Shown in pieces: positions 1 to 9,157 of a stretch of DNA of 64,000 nucleotides; within the stretch, counting starts at the first letter, position 1; every line of letters begins with the position of its first letter. Position numbers and translations under genes: made by a program. The DNA is from a virus. The stretch lies in IMG/VR virus record IMGVR_UViG_3300031111_000010, positions 17,177 to 81,176 of that record, one strand, 5' to 3'. The notes beneath the pieces were generated by a model, which saw nothing but the letters and a program-made list of their open reading frames with translations, had not been told where the DNA came from and made no database searches.

Positions 1-372
1 TTTGTTTTTATATTCTATGATACTATTAACAGCTTTCATAAAACATTCATCACTTTTAATCTCAGGATAATCAACAGCAAGAAAATCAACTGTATTCTTT
101 GTAATCTTATCAAATATCTTTAACTCATGTTCTGGAAACTTGTCTATCAAAAACAACTTGATTTCAACAAGCAAATCATCTGCCTGTTTCCTATAGCTTT
201 CAATATCCTTCTTTTTCTCTTTAATCTTTTCTATCTCAACAGTATGATTATAATAGGTACACAACTGAGCAATAATACCTATAATAAATATAACAACACC
301 AATTGTAATAAGTTCAATAGGTCCAATGAACCATGTTACGCAAGCCCAAAGCAAAGCAATAAGATAAATCAT
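1..372 (-). CDS. hypothetical membrane protein, runs off window edge
   Basis: ATG at 372 with AAAGGAG RBS; open to position 1; hydrophobic N-terminus MIYLIALLWACVTWFIG; not in ORF track. Confidence 0.7.
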   Translation of the reverse strand, partial: MIYLIALLWACVTWFIGPIELITIGVVIFIIGIIAQLCTYYNHTVEIEKIKEKKKDIESYRKQADDLLVEIKLFLIDKFPEHELKIFDKITKNTVDFLAVDYPEIKSDECFMKAVNSIIEYKNK

Positions 373-396
373 TAAAATCTCCTTTCATATGAAGCG

Positions 397-425
397 ACCA
401 TACATCTTTTGATATGATCTGTCAA
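397..425 (-). promoter_or_regulatory. sigma70-type promoter
   Basis: TTGACA-17bp-TATGGT upstream of ORF at 372. Confidence 0.65.
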
Positions 426-448
426 TAGAAAAATATAAAAGCTAAGTA

Positions 449-877
449 TTAAACCTCAACCAATATACCCTGTTTATGAATCAACTTCTTATCTCTAATA
501 ACAGTCATAGGTAATAGCATAGCCGTACCCTTTTGTTTTCTATCCTGTTTCAATACAAAAACAAATTTAATCATATTCGTTTTATACCATAGTGTAAATT
601 CTAATTCATTATAATTCAATTCCTTCTTATATAATCCTCTTGGCTTACAGGTATGATTCTTAATACATTCAATATCATCTTTCAAAGTATCTGTATTATT
701 AATAAACTCAGTAAGCATATGATCTAGTTCTTCAATCTTAATACATGGTTTATTTCTTGAGTGATTTAATCTTTCTAATCCAAAATGTATGGATTCTTCT
801 ATATGAGTGATACCATAATTACCAAGAACCATCTTCCATTTATTTAAAAACTCAGTTCTTTCAGATGCAGTAATCAT
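449..877 (-). CDS. hypothetical protein, paralog of 38755..39270, possible RNase-like fold
   Basis: HFGLERLNHSRNKPCI..EL and KGTAMLLPMTVIRDKK align with the 38755 protein. Confidence 0.65.
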   Translation of the reverse strand: MITASERTEFLNKWKMVLGNYGITHIEESIHFGLERLNHSRNKPCIKIEELDHMLTEFINNTDTLKDDIECIKNHTCKPRGLYKKELNYNELEFTLWYKTNMIKFVFVLKQDRKQKGTAMLLPMTVIRDKKLIHKQGILVEV

Positions 878-1041
878 AAAATCTCCCTTTTCAATCGTTT
901 CTCTTGCTCATCTAATTTATCTCTCAACTCAAAAGGATTCTCATGAACATAGGACCATGCATTAATCCCAAACATATCCTGCATTAGACGCTGTTGAGTA
1001 ATATTCACAATAGCACCATTAGTCAGTTCATCTCTAAGCAT
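874..1041 (-). CDS. small hypothetical protein (55 aa)
   Basis: MLRDELTNG...; ATGA overlap with 449..877; below ORF-track cutoff. Confidence 0.55.
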   Translation of the reverse strand: MLRDELTNGAIVNITQQRLMQDMFGINAWSYVHENPFELRDKLDEQEKRLKREIL

Positions 1042-1210
1042 GATCAATTTCCTTTTCTTTTTCTAACTGTTCACAATATTCTTCCCATTTCTTTTCATTA
1101 GGATCATTTTCATTAGGATCATAATCATAATCAACATAATCAGGATCATCATAGTGTTCATCAAACCCATTGCCGTATGCTTCCCTTGCTGCTCTTTCAA
1201 GTTCATTCAT
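1034..1210 (-). CDS. small acidic hypothetical protein (58 aa)
   Basis: MNELERAAREAYGNGFDEHYDDPDY...; GGGAG RBS. Confidence 0.6.
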   Translation of the reverse strand: MNELERAAREAYGNGFDEHYDDPDYVDYDYDPNENDPNEKKWEEYCEQLEKEKEIDHA

Positions 1211-1377
1211 TTAAATTCTCCCTATAATGTCTTAATGATTCCGATCAAGCAATAAGCACAAACACAATAGCAAGTAAGTTTAGCAAAAAGCAAAAACCAC
1301 ACTTCCCCATGACTCAATTTCTTAATTGCTTCTTTCTTATTCAAAAGACCTCCTTGGTTAATGTTAATCATATGCGT

Positions 1378-1407
1378 ATCTTATATCTTTATATATTGGT
1401 CTGTCAA
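1378..1407 (-). promoter_or_regulatory. sigma70-type promoter
   Basis: TTGACA-18bp-TAAGAT. Confidence 0.55.
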
Positions 1408-1637
1408 GAGAAATCTTTAGTGTATATAAAAAATATATAAAATGGTCAAATAATATATATTTTTAGCAAGAAATTATGCATATTTCATACCAAAAACACC
1501 TGAAAACCCGCATGAATAGGGCTTATATATAAAATATGTAATAAAAACAGCTATATAGGGGTGATATATGGGGGGGAATATATGCCGTACCCACCAAGAC
1601 ACGAAAAAAATTGAAAAAGTGCTGTGAGAATGATATC

Positions 1638-2059
1638 TGGCATAGGTCTTGCATCGAATCGCATTCAGAATATATATTTTTTATATACTCTTGATGCTCA
1701 TGTGAATATATAATTTTTATATATCTCATTTTTTTTTATTTTTTTTTTGGTAAGCAAGAGTGATGCCAACTTTCCATTTTGCGTTGCGATGCACAATCAT
1801 GAATTTCCGAAAAAAATCTTTTTATTTTTCCTTTATATATCAGGGTCTTATATATAACGTCTGATAAGATATAATATGTAAAATCGTGAGCTAAGTGCTT
1901 GATATATAAACGAATATAGGTTTTTTGAGGTTTTTTAATGGTAGGCATAATCTACCATAAATAGTGTGTAAGCAACTATCGTGCCAACCCTGTATATCGG
2001 ATATTGGCACATGTATTGCATATATCGCTGAAATTGGCGAAATTGGCATATTCCTTGCA
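1638..2059. promoter_or_regulatory. cluster of five sigma54 (-24/-12) motifs with IHF-like sites
   Basis: TGGCAY-N5-TTGCW at 1638-1653(+), 1753-1768(-), 1971-1986(-), 2005-2020(+), 2044-2059(+); WATCARN4TTR at 1838-1850(+) and 1892-1904(-). Confidence 0.75.
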
Positions 2060-2282
2060 TATAGCCGCATCCATAGGGGTCCACATGGTCCACCAGCGAA
2101 ATCCATAGAACCCATAAGAGCCATAAGCAGAAAGGCACATGCAGATTTTACTGAGTTAATTTTACTTGCAGGGGTGTCTGAGCTTGTGATAGACCGCACT
2201 ATTCGCACACTTTCACTAACTCATTGTCAGATTTTTTTCCAGATTCGCTATATATGAAAATTTTTTGGGAAAATTTTTGAAG

Positions 2283-2438
2283 AAAGTGCCTCAGAATGAT
2301 GTCCAGAGTGACTTTTCTGGTAACTATCTGACTTTTTTAGACATATTTTCAAAGAATCGACCTGAAAACGGATTTTTGACCGTTTTATGACGGTTTAAAA
2401 AAATTTTGGGGAAAAAATCGCAAAAAGTGCCTCAGAAT
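2283..2438. repeat. 15-bp direct repeat in non-coding region
   Basis: AAAGTGCCTCAGAAT at 2283-2297 and 2424-2438, each preceded by a similar AAAATTTT..GGGAAAA tract. Confidence 0.8.
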
Positions 2439-2543
2439 CACTATAATTATAAATATCTGATATCTAAGGAAATATCAAAATATATACAGAAATATATAAA
2501 AAAGTATATAAATTGATATCTTGTTGATTTCATTAATAAAAGT

Positions 2544-2861
2544 CTATGTTGGTGGGGGGTCAAGTATAGAAAATTCCTCAAAGGTAATAAAGTCTTTTTC
2601 TGCAAACCATTTTTCATGCCAACCAAAAGGATAGCCTTTCATTTTATGAGTATAGTTATGGAAATCATATTCTTTAAAGAAATGTGTTTCTCCCATCATC
2701 TCAATCATAGTGTTAGTTAATACCCAATCCAATTTTATTCTATTCAAGGTGATACTCATTCTTATTACACTACCGTCTTTATTCCATTTATCAGCTATAG
2801 GTTTAAAACGATTTTGGAATTGATCTACTGTTATTAAGGTATATTTTATATATTCATTCAT
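2544..2861 (-). CDS. hypothetical protein with near-C-terminal shared motif
   Basis: ends DFITFEEFSI-LDPPPT; ATGA-coupled. Confidence 0.75.
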   Translation of the reverse strand: MNEYIKYTLITVDQFQNRFKPIADKWNKDGSVIRMSITLNRIKLDWVLTNTMIEMMGETHFFKEYDFHNYTHKMKGYPFGWHEKWFAEKDFITFEEFSILDPPPT

Positions 2862-3145
2862 AGCGTAAATTCATCCTTATCAATAAAGTTATCTACAGGT
2901 TCTTCTTTAATCCAATCGTCATGATAAACCCAATGATCATCAGTAAGTTCTTGTACCCATCTATAGCCATTATTGTAATCATGTCTATGCCTACCACCTT
3001 CTATTAATGGTTGTACTTCTATGATGGTTCCAAAGTATCGTATCATGTCTTTATTAATAAAGAAGTTGCCTTTATAATGATAACCATCAGATTCACTTCC
3101 ATCTAAATAATCCAGTTCTGATATATTTTTTAATAATATTTTCAT
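2858..3145 (-). CDS. hypothetical protein with shared C-terminal motif
   Basis: ends NFIDKDEFTL; ATGA-coupled. Confidence 0.8.
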   Translation of the reverse strand: MKILLKNISELDYLDGSESDGYHYKGNFFINKDMIRYFGTIIEVQPLIEGGRHRHDYNNGYRWVQELTDDHWVYHDDWIKEEPVDNFIDKDEFTL

Positions 3146-3522
3146 ACGCTAAACTCACATTGTTTGATGAATCCTATATCTCTATTATGGTACATCGACT
3201 TCCATATATTTCTAAAGTAATTTCTATCCACATCTTTAGTCCATATGCTGTTATGTTGTTTTAAATATCTACCATGGATATCTGTAGCATAATTGGATAT
3301 AAAGAAGATAGCATTAGTATCACCTGTACGTTGCCAGTATTCCCTTATTACATCACGGTACATAAAATCATCCTTGGCATCTATATTAGTCATGAAGGAT
3401 AGACCCTTGTTTTTTATAAAGTCAGTATCAGGACCGGCTGAATGATTTTTATATGGTGGTACATTTAATCTATCATAGTGACCATGGATAAAATCTGAGG
3501 ATTTTTCATTCCAATAACTCAT
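3142..3522 (-). CDS. hypothetical protein with shared C-terminal motif
   Basis: ends GFIKQCEFSV. Confidence 0.8.
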   Translation of the reverse strand: MSYWNEKSSDFIHGHYDRLNVPPYKNHSAGPDTDFIKNKGLSFMTNIDAKDDFMYRDVIREYWQRTGDTNAIFFISNYATDIHGRYLKQHNSIWTKDVDRNYFRNIWKSMYHNRDIGFIKQCEFSV

Positions 3523-3800
3523 AATACAAACTCACTTTCTTCTATGAACTCTTGATCTTTTGCATATATTATTCCTGTCCTATGTTCATATCCATAACAA
3601 GTAGATTTATCATTATCGATACTTATTAAACCGGGACATGAATAACAGTCATTACATTTACCGGGACAGAAACGATCTATTTTGGTTATTATTCCTTTTT
3701 TTCTTTTTTCATTTTCAGTTTCAGGATAACCTACATAAACCTTTATTTCCATACCTATCTTTAGATGTTCATATGCATCATGTTTGTAGTAGATACTCAT
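3519..3800 (-). CDS. Cys-rich hypothetical protein with shared C-terminal motif
   Basis: CPGKCNDCYSC; ends EFIEESEFVL. Confidence 0.8.
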   Translation of the reverse strand: MSIYYKHDAYEHLKIGMEIKVYVGYPETENEKRKKGIITKIDRFCPGKCNDCYSCPGLISIDNDKSTCYGYEHRTGIIYAKDQEFIEESEFVL

Positions 3801-4312
3801 AATACAAACTCACTTTCTTCTATAAATAATTTTCTTGGTCTTTCTTTCTTTAATGGTTCTAATTCTTTCTTTATTGCTATATATTCATTTAAAGATGTTA
3901 TTGCTGGTCTTTGAATACCGAAAAAATTCTCTTGACTTTCTATCCTTCTTACTATGCTTTTTATCTGTGAATGTTTTGCTTCTAGATGTCTTAGATGTTC
4001 CAGTTTCTTTCTGTAATAGGAATAAAGAGCATCTTGTTTTGATCTATAGGCAAATAGCTTTCTTGGTGTAATATTATGTTCCAATTGCTTTTTTATCCAT
4101 TTCTTGTATCGTGTATTAACTTCATTTGTATGGTAATGATAGTCTGGTACGATCCAATAGCCTTCAGGGGTTTCTCTGTATGCTCTATATCTGTTTTCTA
4201 TTGGTTCTGCATTATAGCTTCCAGAACATGGGTCTTGATATCGATAGAAATAGATTTCTTCTCTTATCTCTATTGGTGCCATCTCATCAAATCGTAGTGG
4301 GAATATGTTCAT
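3797..4312 (-). CDS. hypothetical protein with shared C-terminal motif
   Basis: RETPEGYWI motif; ends LFIEESEFVL. Confidence 0.8.
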   Translation of the reverse strand: MNIFPLRFDEMAPIEIREEIYFYRYQDPCSGSYNAEPIENRYRAYRETPEGYWIVPDYHYHTNEVNTRYKKWIKKQLEHNITPRKLFAYRSKQDALYSYYRKKLEHLRHLEAKHSQIKSIVRRIESQENFFGIQRPAITSLNEYIAIKKELEPLKKERPRKLFIEESEFVL

Positions 4313-4500
4313 AGTTCCATATCGCTTTCTGTTATGAAATTATTATTTGTACATAATTTTTCCATATCATCTATTTGAACATAGTGAGCAGCACAATAAA
4401 ATGGTAGAGTATCTACATCTAGAGTTGTAATTTTGTTTACTCTCAGATTACAGCAATAGTCAGTGTATCGTTTTCTACCTGTTACCGGACAAGTTATCAT
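4309..4500 (-). CDS. small Cys-containing protein with shared C-terminal motif
   Basis: ends NFITESDMEL. Confidence 0.75.
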   Translation of the reverse strand: MITCPVTGRKRYTDYCCNLRVNKITTLDVDTLPFYCAAHYVQIDDMEKLCTNNNFITESDMEL

Positions 4501-5000
4501 AGTTGCATATCGCTTTCTGAAAGGAAGTCACCTAACTTCTCTCTTTCTTCTTTGCATAGTGGGCATTCTTTATGGAATCTGGTATCATAGAATACTGTAT
4601 TATCACCATGCTTAGTACATTGAGTAAATATATTATATATTCCCGGTTCACCTTCTCTAAGTTCTTGGAGTCTTTTGATTGCTTTATCTATTTCTTTTAT
4701 ATCATCTATATCTATTTCTGCTGATGATTGATTGGAATAGGTAGAAGCAGAAGAAGAACCAAAAGATATAGGAGATAATCGATCAGATATAGGAGATAAT
4801 CGATCAACCCTTTTGGGAATATCGATATCACCGTATTCATCTGTCATTATTGAATGATGTATAGGCCATTTGAATTCAGGTTCTTCTGTAGGTTTTCTTG
4901 AAATGAAATTAAGTTCTCTTTCCTTCCAGTAGTTAACAGGATCAGTTTTTTCTTTGATTGCCTTATATACATTCTCATATAAGTCTTTGAATTTCCACAT
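4497..5000 (-). CDS. hypothetical protein (CxxH...CxxC) with shared C-terminal motif
   Basis: ends DFLSESDMQL; internal 21-bp tandem duplication at 4764-4805 (DRLSPIS x2). Confidence 0.8.
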   Translation of the reverse strand: MWKFKDLYENVYKAIKEKTDPVNYWKERELNFISRKPTEEPEFKWPIHHSIMTDEYGDIDIPKRVDRLSPISDRLSPISFGSSSASTYSNQSSAEIDIDDIKEIDKAIKRLQELREGEPGIYNIFTQCTKHGDNTVFYDTRFHKECPLCKEEREKLGDFLSESDMQL

Positions 5001-5057
5001 ATTTATATCCTTATATATACCTTTTTATATACTTTTTTATTTTTCAGAAAGTGAGTA

Positions 5058-5231
5058 TTATTTTATATATCTCTTAGCAGTAAAAGCAATGAACGGATAA
5101 AATAATACGATTGTAAAAAACTGCTTTACATATTCCCATAGAGTAGTATTCGATCTTTGCTCTTGGGTAATTACTATTAGCCATATGATTAATCCACATA
5201 CAAAATATATTCCAAGTAAAAATGATATCAT
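5058..5231 (-). CDS. small membrane protein (57 aa)
   Basis: MISFLLGIYFVCGLIIWLIVI...; ATGA-coupled to 5228..5542. Confidence 0.55.
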   Translation of the reverse strand: MISFLLGIYFVCGLIIWLIVITQEQRSNTTLWEYVKQFFTIVLFYPFIAFTAKRYIK

Positions 5232-5542
5232 ATTTCCATTTCCTTTTCGTTTATAAAGTCTTCTGGTTCTGGTTCTGCTACTTGAATATTAGAAACTTTA
5301 CAATAATGTCCTTTTGATTTCTCCCACCATTGTAAACATTTTGAACACAGGTAATATTGTTTTTTGCCTCTATCACCTTGACCCCAATATATCTGTATTG
5401 GAATTTCTACTTTCTTCTCATGATACATACAGGAAGATAGACTATAAGTTTCATCCTTGCTTGAAATATAATGTCCAAGTTTATGACAATGTTCAGTTGA
5501 AAAATTATAATGAACACATGATAAACAAATTAAATCACTCAT
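5228..5542 (-). CDS. Cys-rich hypothetical protein with shared C-terminal motif
   Basis: two CxxC; ends DFINEKEMEI. Confidence 0.8.
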   Translation of the reverse strand: MSDLICLSCVHYNFSTEHCHKLGHYISSKDETYSLSSCMYHEKKVEIPIQIYWGQGDRGKKQYYLCSKCLQWWEKSKGHYCKVSNIQVAEPEPEDFINEKEMEI

Positions 5543-5949
5543 AGTTCCATATCTTTCTCAGTGAGAAATTCCTCTCTTGGTTCTGTTTTTAATTGTATCT
5601 CCCATCTTCCATTTAAAAATATGTATTTTATTTGACCTAATTGTGGCTTATTGGGAATTACGTTTCGTATCTTTATATCACCTTCTCTTGGTTCCCTTCT
5701 ATGTCTATTATCACCAAGAGGACCATATGTTGCCCATCCATCAGAGTTAAGTACTGATATATTTTCACCCCATCGTTCTCTAAATTCCTGTTCTCTCCTT
5801 GCAAGATGCTCTCTCATTCTTCCTTGAACATTGGCATGTGTTCTAAGCCTATCCAGATGTTCATTGTATTTTTTATTTTCTTTGTATTTAATAAAGAAAA
5901 TAACAACCCATGCAAGAACTATTATACCCATAAGAATAAATCGTATCAT
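5539..5949 (-). CDS. membrane-anchored protein with shared C-terminal motif
   Basis: N-terminal TM helix; ends EFLTEKDMEL; AGGAG RBS. Confidence 0.8.
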   Translation of the reverse strand: MIRFILMGIIVLAWVVIFFIKYKENKKYNEHLDRLRTHANVQGRMREHLARREQEFRERWGENISVLNSDGWATYGPLGDNRHRREPREGDIKIRNVIPNKPQLGQIKYIFLNGRWEIQLKTEPREEFLTEKDMEL

Positions 5950-6177
5950 TAAAATACTCCTTTAAAACAGAAATCAATAATAGAATATCCCACAATGAAA
6001 AATACTAATATCATAAACAATAAAACAAGTTGTGCTCTCATGTCATTACCTCACTTATAAAATATAATAGTTTATTGATATAAGGAAAAATCATTTCCAA
6101 TCCACCAAAGAAAATAAACATCAACGCAAACCATATTATAAGTCCTGCTATCAAACCACAACTATCTTTCGCTATTC

Positions 6178-6564
6178 TTATAATAATTTTAAATCTCCTG
6201 TGATTAAATCGATTTCATCAGACCACCAAGGACCAATAGCACAACAGGTATAAGTAGGTTCCTTAAATTCAGTCCTACCGGCATCCTTGATCAATGCACA
6301 AGGTATCTTTCTGAACTTGGCATGATCATGTACAAAAATCAATACATCTTCATTAGGAACACCAACACATATCTTTACAAATGATTCTTCAAGCCATTGT
6401 TGAGCAGGATCATTCTTAGGAATAAAGATTCTATATTCCTTACTGCCTGAAGCATAGCAATTCAACAAAACAGCTAATGATGCATGAGCACCTTGAGCAA
6501 CCATTTTACCTTTTCTCATATTAAGGTCTTTTCTCATTACGATAACTTGTTTAACTTCTCTCAT
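6178..6564 (-). CDS. pth2: peptidyl-tRNA hydrolase type 2
   Basis: KQVIVMRKDLNMRKGKMVAQGAHAS, IKDAGRTEF, AIGP, ITGDLKLL are PTH2 family motifs. Confidence 0.92.
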   Translation of the reverse strand: MREVKQVIVMRKDLNMRKGKMVAQGAHASLAVLLNCYASGSKEYRIFIPKNDPAQQWLEESFVKICVGVPNEDVLIFVHDHAKFRKIPCALIKDAGRTEFKEPTYTCCAIGPWWSDEIDLITGDLKLL

Positions 6565-6728
6565 ATTTCGTTTACCTTTAACCATTCTTTATATGCATGT
6601 GTATACTTTCTTGGATTCAGTTGGGTATAAAATACAAGTGTATCTCTATCGATTTCATATCCATCAGCATTAATAATATCAGTTTTAACTGAATCTTCTC
6701 CCATATAATATATTTTAAATTCTCTCAT
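6561..6728 (-). CDS. hypothetical protein
   Basis: likely start MREFKIYY at 6728, ATGA-coupled at both ends. Confidence 0.6.
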   Translation of the reverse strand: MREFKIYYMGEDSVKTDIINADGYEIDRDTLVFYTQLNPRKYTHAYKEWLKVNEI

Positions 6729-6916
6729 ATTTCCATTTCCTTTTCTTCTATGAACTCTATTGCTTCCCAATAAAGATATTCCCTATCAATACAATGAAGT
6801 GTACCTGAGAAATAAACATCATTGGGTATGCCCTCATATTTCTCTCTATCGATACACCATCCTACTGAACATCCACCCCTTTGACCATGCTTACATGTAC
6901 TACAACTTATTTCCAT
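6725..6916 (-). CDS. Cys-rich protein with shared C-terminal motif
   Basis: CSTC; ends EFIEEKEMEI. Confidence 0.75.
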   Translation of the reverse strand: MEISCSTCKHGQRGGCSVGWCIDREKYEGIPNDVYFSGTLHCIDREYLYWEAIEFIEEKEMEI

Positions 6917-7308
6917 TATAACATCATTTCACTTTCAGATATAAAAGCCTTTGCTGGTTTGACATACATTCTTTTTGTAACAAACTTCTTTTTTTCGTAT
7001 TCAGCTTCCCATTTAATATCAGCCAGTGTAATGTTATGTGGTATCTCTTTTACTATCCTATATATACCCCTGTCAATAATTTTTAAATAACCAGCACCTG
7101 TCAGATAGCTTCGATATGTATCTACAGTTCTCTCTTTATAACCATTTCCAACACATTCCATCATTAAATTATATCTAAATATTATATTGTGATCAAATCT
7201 TTCATTGATATAATTTCGCATAAAATCCAGAAGTGGTACTCTACCTCTTGGTCTATATCTTGGTAAATCTTCAGGCATCTCTATTCTAAATCCCGGCATG
7301 TGTATCAC
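6916..7308 (-). CDS. possible winged-helix protein with shared C-terminal motif
   Basis: TVDTYRSYLTGAGYLKIIDRGIY is wHTH-like; ends AFISESEMML. Confidence 0.7.
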   Translation of the reverse strand: MIHMPGFRIEMPEDLPRYRPRGRVPLLDFMRNYINERFDHNIIFRYNLMMECVGNGYKERTVDTYRSYLTGAGYLKIIDRGIYRIVKEIPHNITLADIKWEAEYEKKKFVTKRMYVKPAKAFISESEMML

Positions 7309-7468
7309 CTTGTTGTACTTCTAATAATCTTTCAAGTTCAGTTACTTGTCTGACCAAATCCTGAATCATCTTCTCTTTTTGTTCTACATTATATCGTAGT
7401 GACTCTATAAGAGAATCTTTATCTTCTTCTATTTCTTCTGGTTCATTTCCAAGTATATCATTGAACAT
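7286..7468 (-). CDS. small coiled-coil protein
   Basis: heptad pattern; overlaps both neighbours. Confidence 0.6.
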   Translation of the reverse strand: MFNDILGNEPEEIEEDKDSLIESLRYNVEQKEKMIQDLVRQVTELERLLEVQQGDTHAGI

Positions 7469-7733
7469 AAAAATCTTCCTTTGTTAAAAAATTGGCTTGT
7501 GGTCCTGTACATTCATATGGTAATCTTTCTTCTGATAATACTTCTCCTTCCTGATTAAAGTATATAAGGTTATGCCATCTCATATGACCACTACCGCTTT
7601 TCTGTACGCCTTTCATCAAACCACAATACCTACATACCTTTACTTCATCCACCATGATAATTTTGGTTCCTATCCTATGTTGTTTTCTGACTTTACATCG
7701 ATCCTTCTTCTCTTTTTTCCAACTATGTCTCAT
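7458..7733 (-). CDS. hypothetical protein (CxxC) with shared C-terminal motif
   Basis: ends NFLTKEDFYVQ. Confidence 0.75.
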   Translation of the reverse strand: MRHSWKKEKKDRCKVRKQHRIGTKIIMVDEVKVCRYCGLMKGVQKSGSGHMRWHNLIYFNQEGEVLSEERLPYECTGPQANFLTKEDFYVQ

Positions 7734-7999
7734 ATCAAATACATTCCTATCACACCACTAATATATACCATAAAATATGCAAAGAAAACATACATAGAAA
7801 CTTTATCTTTTATATTAACCAAAAAAAGCAATGGAAGACAATATAAAATTCTCATCAGCATTGCTTTATTTAATGTCCATCCAAAATAATTCATACACCA
7901 CAAAATAAAACTATTACTTTCTTCTCCAATAAAAATCGTGAAGACTGAATCTAATATAATTAATAAAAACAATGCTATTGTCCATTTTCTAATTCTCAC
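7730..7999 (-). CDS. small multi-pass membrane protein
   Basis: three hydrophobic segments; GTGA overlap. Confidence 0.65.
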   Translation of the reverse strand: MRIRKWTIALFLLIILDSVFTIFIGEESNSFILWCMNYFGWTLNKAMLMRILYCLPLLFLVNIKDKVSMYVFFAYFMVYISGVIGMYLI

Positions 8000-8379
8000 A
8001 GTTTCATATCACTTTCTTCTATAAATTCTTTATCTTCTTTATCTAACCTGAAAGGGAATTTTAAAGGTTTCCATTCGTTTCTCATTTTCGTTGATTGATA
8101 TTCTATTACTAATTTTTCCAGTTCCCTTCTTTTCCATTCTATATTATAATCATTTAATGCAGGTTCAACACAATATTGAAGTTCTCTTACTATGATATCA
8201 AATGCTCTTTGAGATATCCTTCTGCCTCTAAACATCTGTATGACACGTTCAATCAATCTATCTTCAGTTCGATGTACTTCCCTTTGATATAATTCTCTTT
8301 CTCTTTCTCTCTCCAATCTTTCATACTGTCCATTGAGAATTCTTCTTTGAACTTCATTCCAATCATTATTAGGTGCCAT
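7996..8379 (-). CDS. hypothetical protein with shared C-terminal motif
   Basis: ends EFIEESDMKL. Confidence 0.8.
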   Translation of the reverse strand: MAPNNDWNEVQRRILNGQYERLERERERELYQREVHRTEDRLIERVIQMFRGRRISQRAFDIIVRELQYCVEPALNDYNIEWKRRELEKLVIEYQSTKMRNEWKPLKFPFRLDKEDKEFIEESDMKL

Positions 8380-9092
8380 TATATCTCATCCATTGAAAAG
8401 ATAATTGAATTGCTTTTCAGTTCCATTATCTCTTTTCTTAATGATCTTACTTTATTTTCCAACTTACCAATCATGTTATTTCTCTTTAATACCCTATCCT
8501 TATAATCTGAAATTATTTCTTCTTTTCTTTCAAGCGAATCATATAAATTCTCTAATTCCATTTTTACATCACATTCATCACAATCAACACGATTACTGAA
8601 ATGACCAGTTTCAATAAAATCATCCATCATACGTTGCATCATAAAAGCACTATTACCAGCTACTTCAAATAGTCTGTTCAGGAACATAATCATAGAATCT
8701 TTATTCACATGATCTTTCCAACCTCTGATTTGTGTATGCATATCATCCTTTGTTTCGAAAACCGCTTTTGTTTCTTCTTGGATTTGTGCTTGAACTCTGG
8801 CATGTAATTCTTCTCTTACATCCCAAACAGAAGACTCTTGAGAATCTTCTGTTTCTCTTTCCATCATTATTCTTCTTATTAATTCACTACGGTTCTGTCT
8901 TTCCGTAGTATTACTTTCTGCTGCTCTACGTTCTAGATTAGCTGCCATTTCCATGACTTCAAAAGGTCTTAATGATTTACTAAAATTATTAAGTTTTATC
9001 CATCCATTATTAGAACGAATATTAGGAAAACGCCCATGAAGATTATGATAAGCTGTTGTATAACGTCTTATTGCTGACACAGTTTCATTCAT
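8379..9092 (-). CDS. coiled-coil hypothetical protein
   Basis: 237-aa ORF with C-terminal heptads. Confidence 0.75.
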   Translation of the reverse strand: MNETVSAIRRYTTAYHNLHGRFPNIRSNNGWIKLNNFSKSLRPFEVMEMAANLERRAAESNTTERQNRSELIRRIMMERETEDSQESSVWDVREELHARVQAQIQEETKAVFETKDDMHTQIRGWKDHVNKDSMIMFLNRLFEVAGNSAFMMQRMMDDFIETGHFSNRVDCDECDVKMELENLYDSLERKEEIISDYKDRVLKRNNMIGKLENKVRSLRKEIMELKSNSIIFSMDEI

Positions 9093-9157
9093 TTTATTCT
9101 ACCTTTATATTTTCTTGAAATTCTCCATCCTCTACTGCCAGTTCCATACGATTGTTC

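Noticed and set aside
1523-2257. Five short track ORFs in the sigma54 cluster region
   Set aside because: No RBS, overlapping on both strands, atypical composition; better read as non-coding DNA
4764-4805. 21-bp tandem duplication
   Set aside because: In-frame two-copy slippage inside a low-complexity linker; no wider pattern
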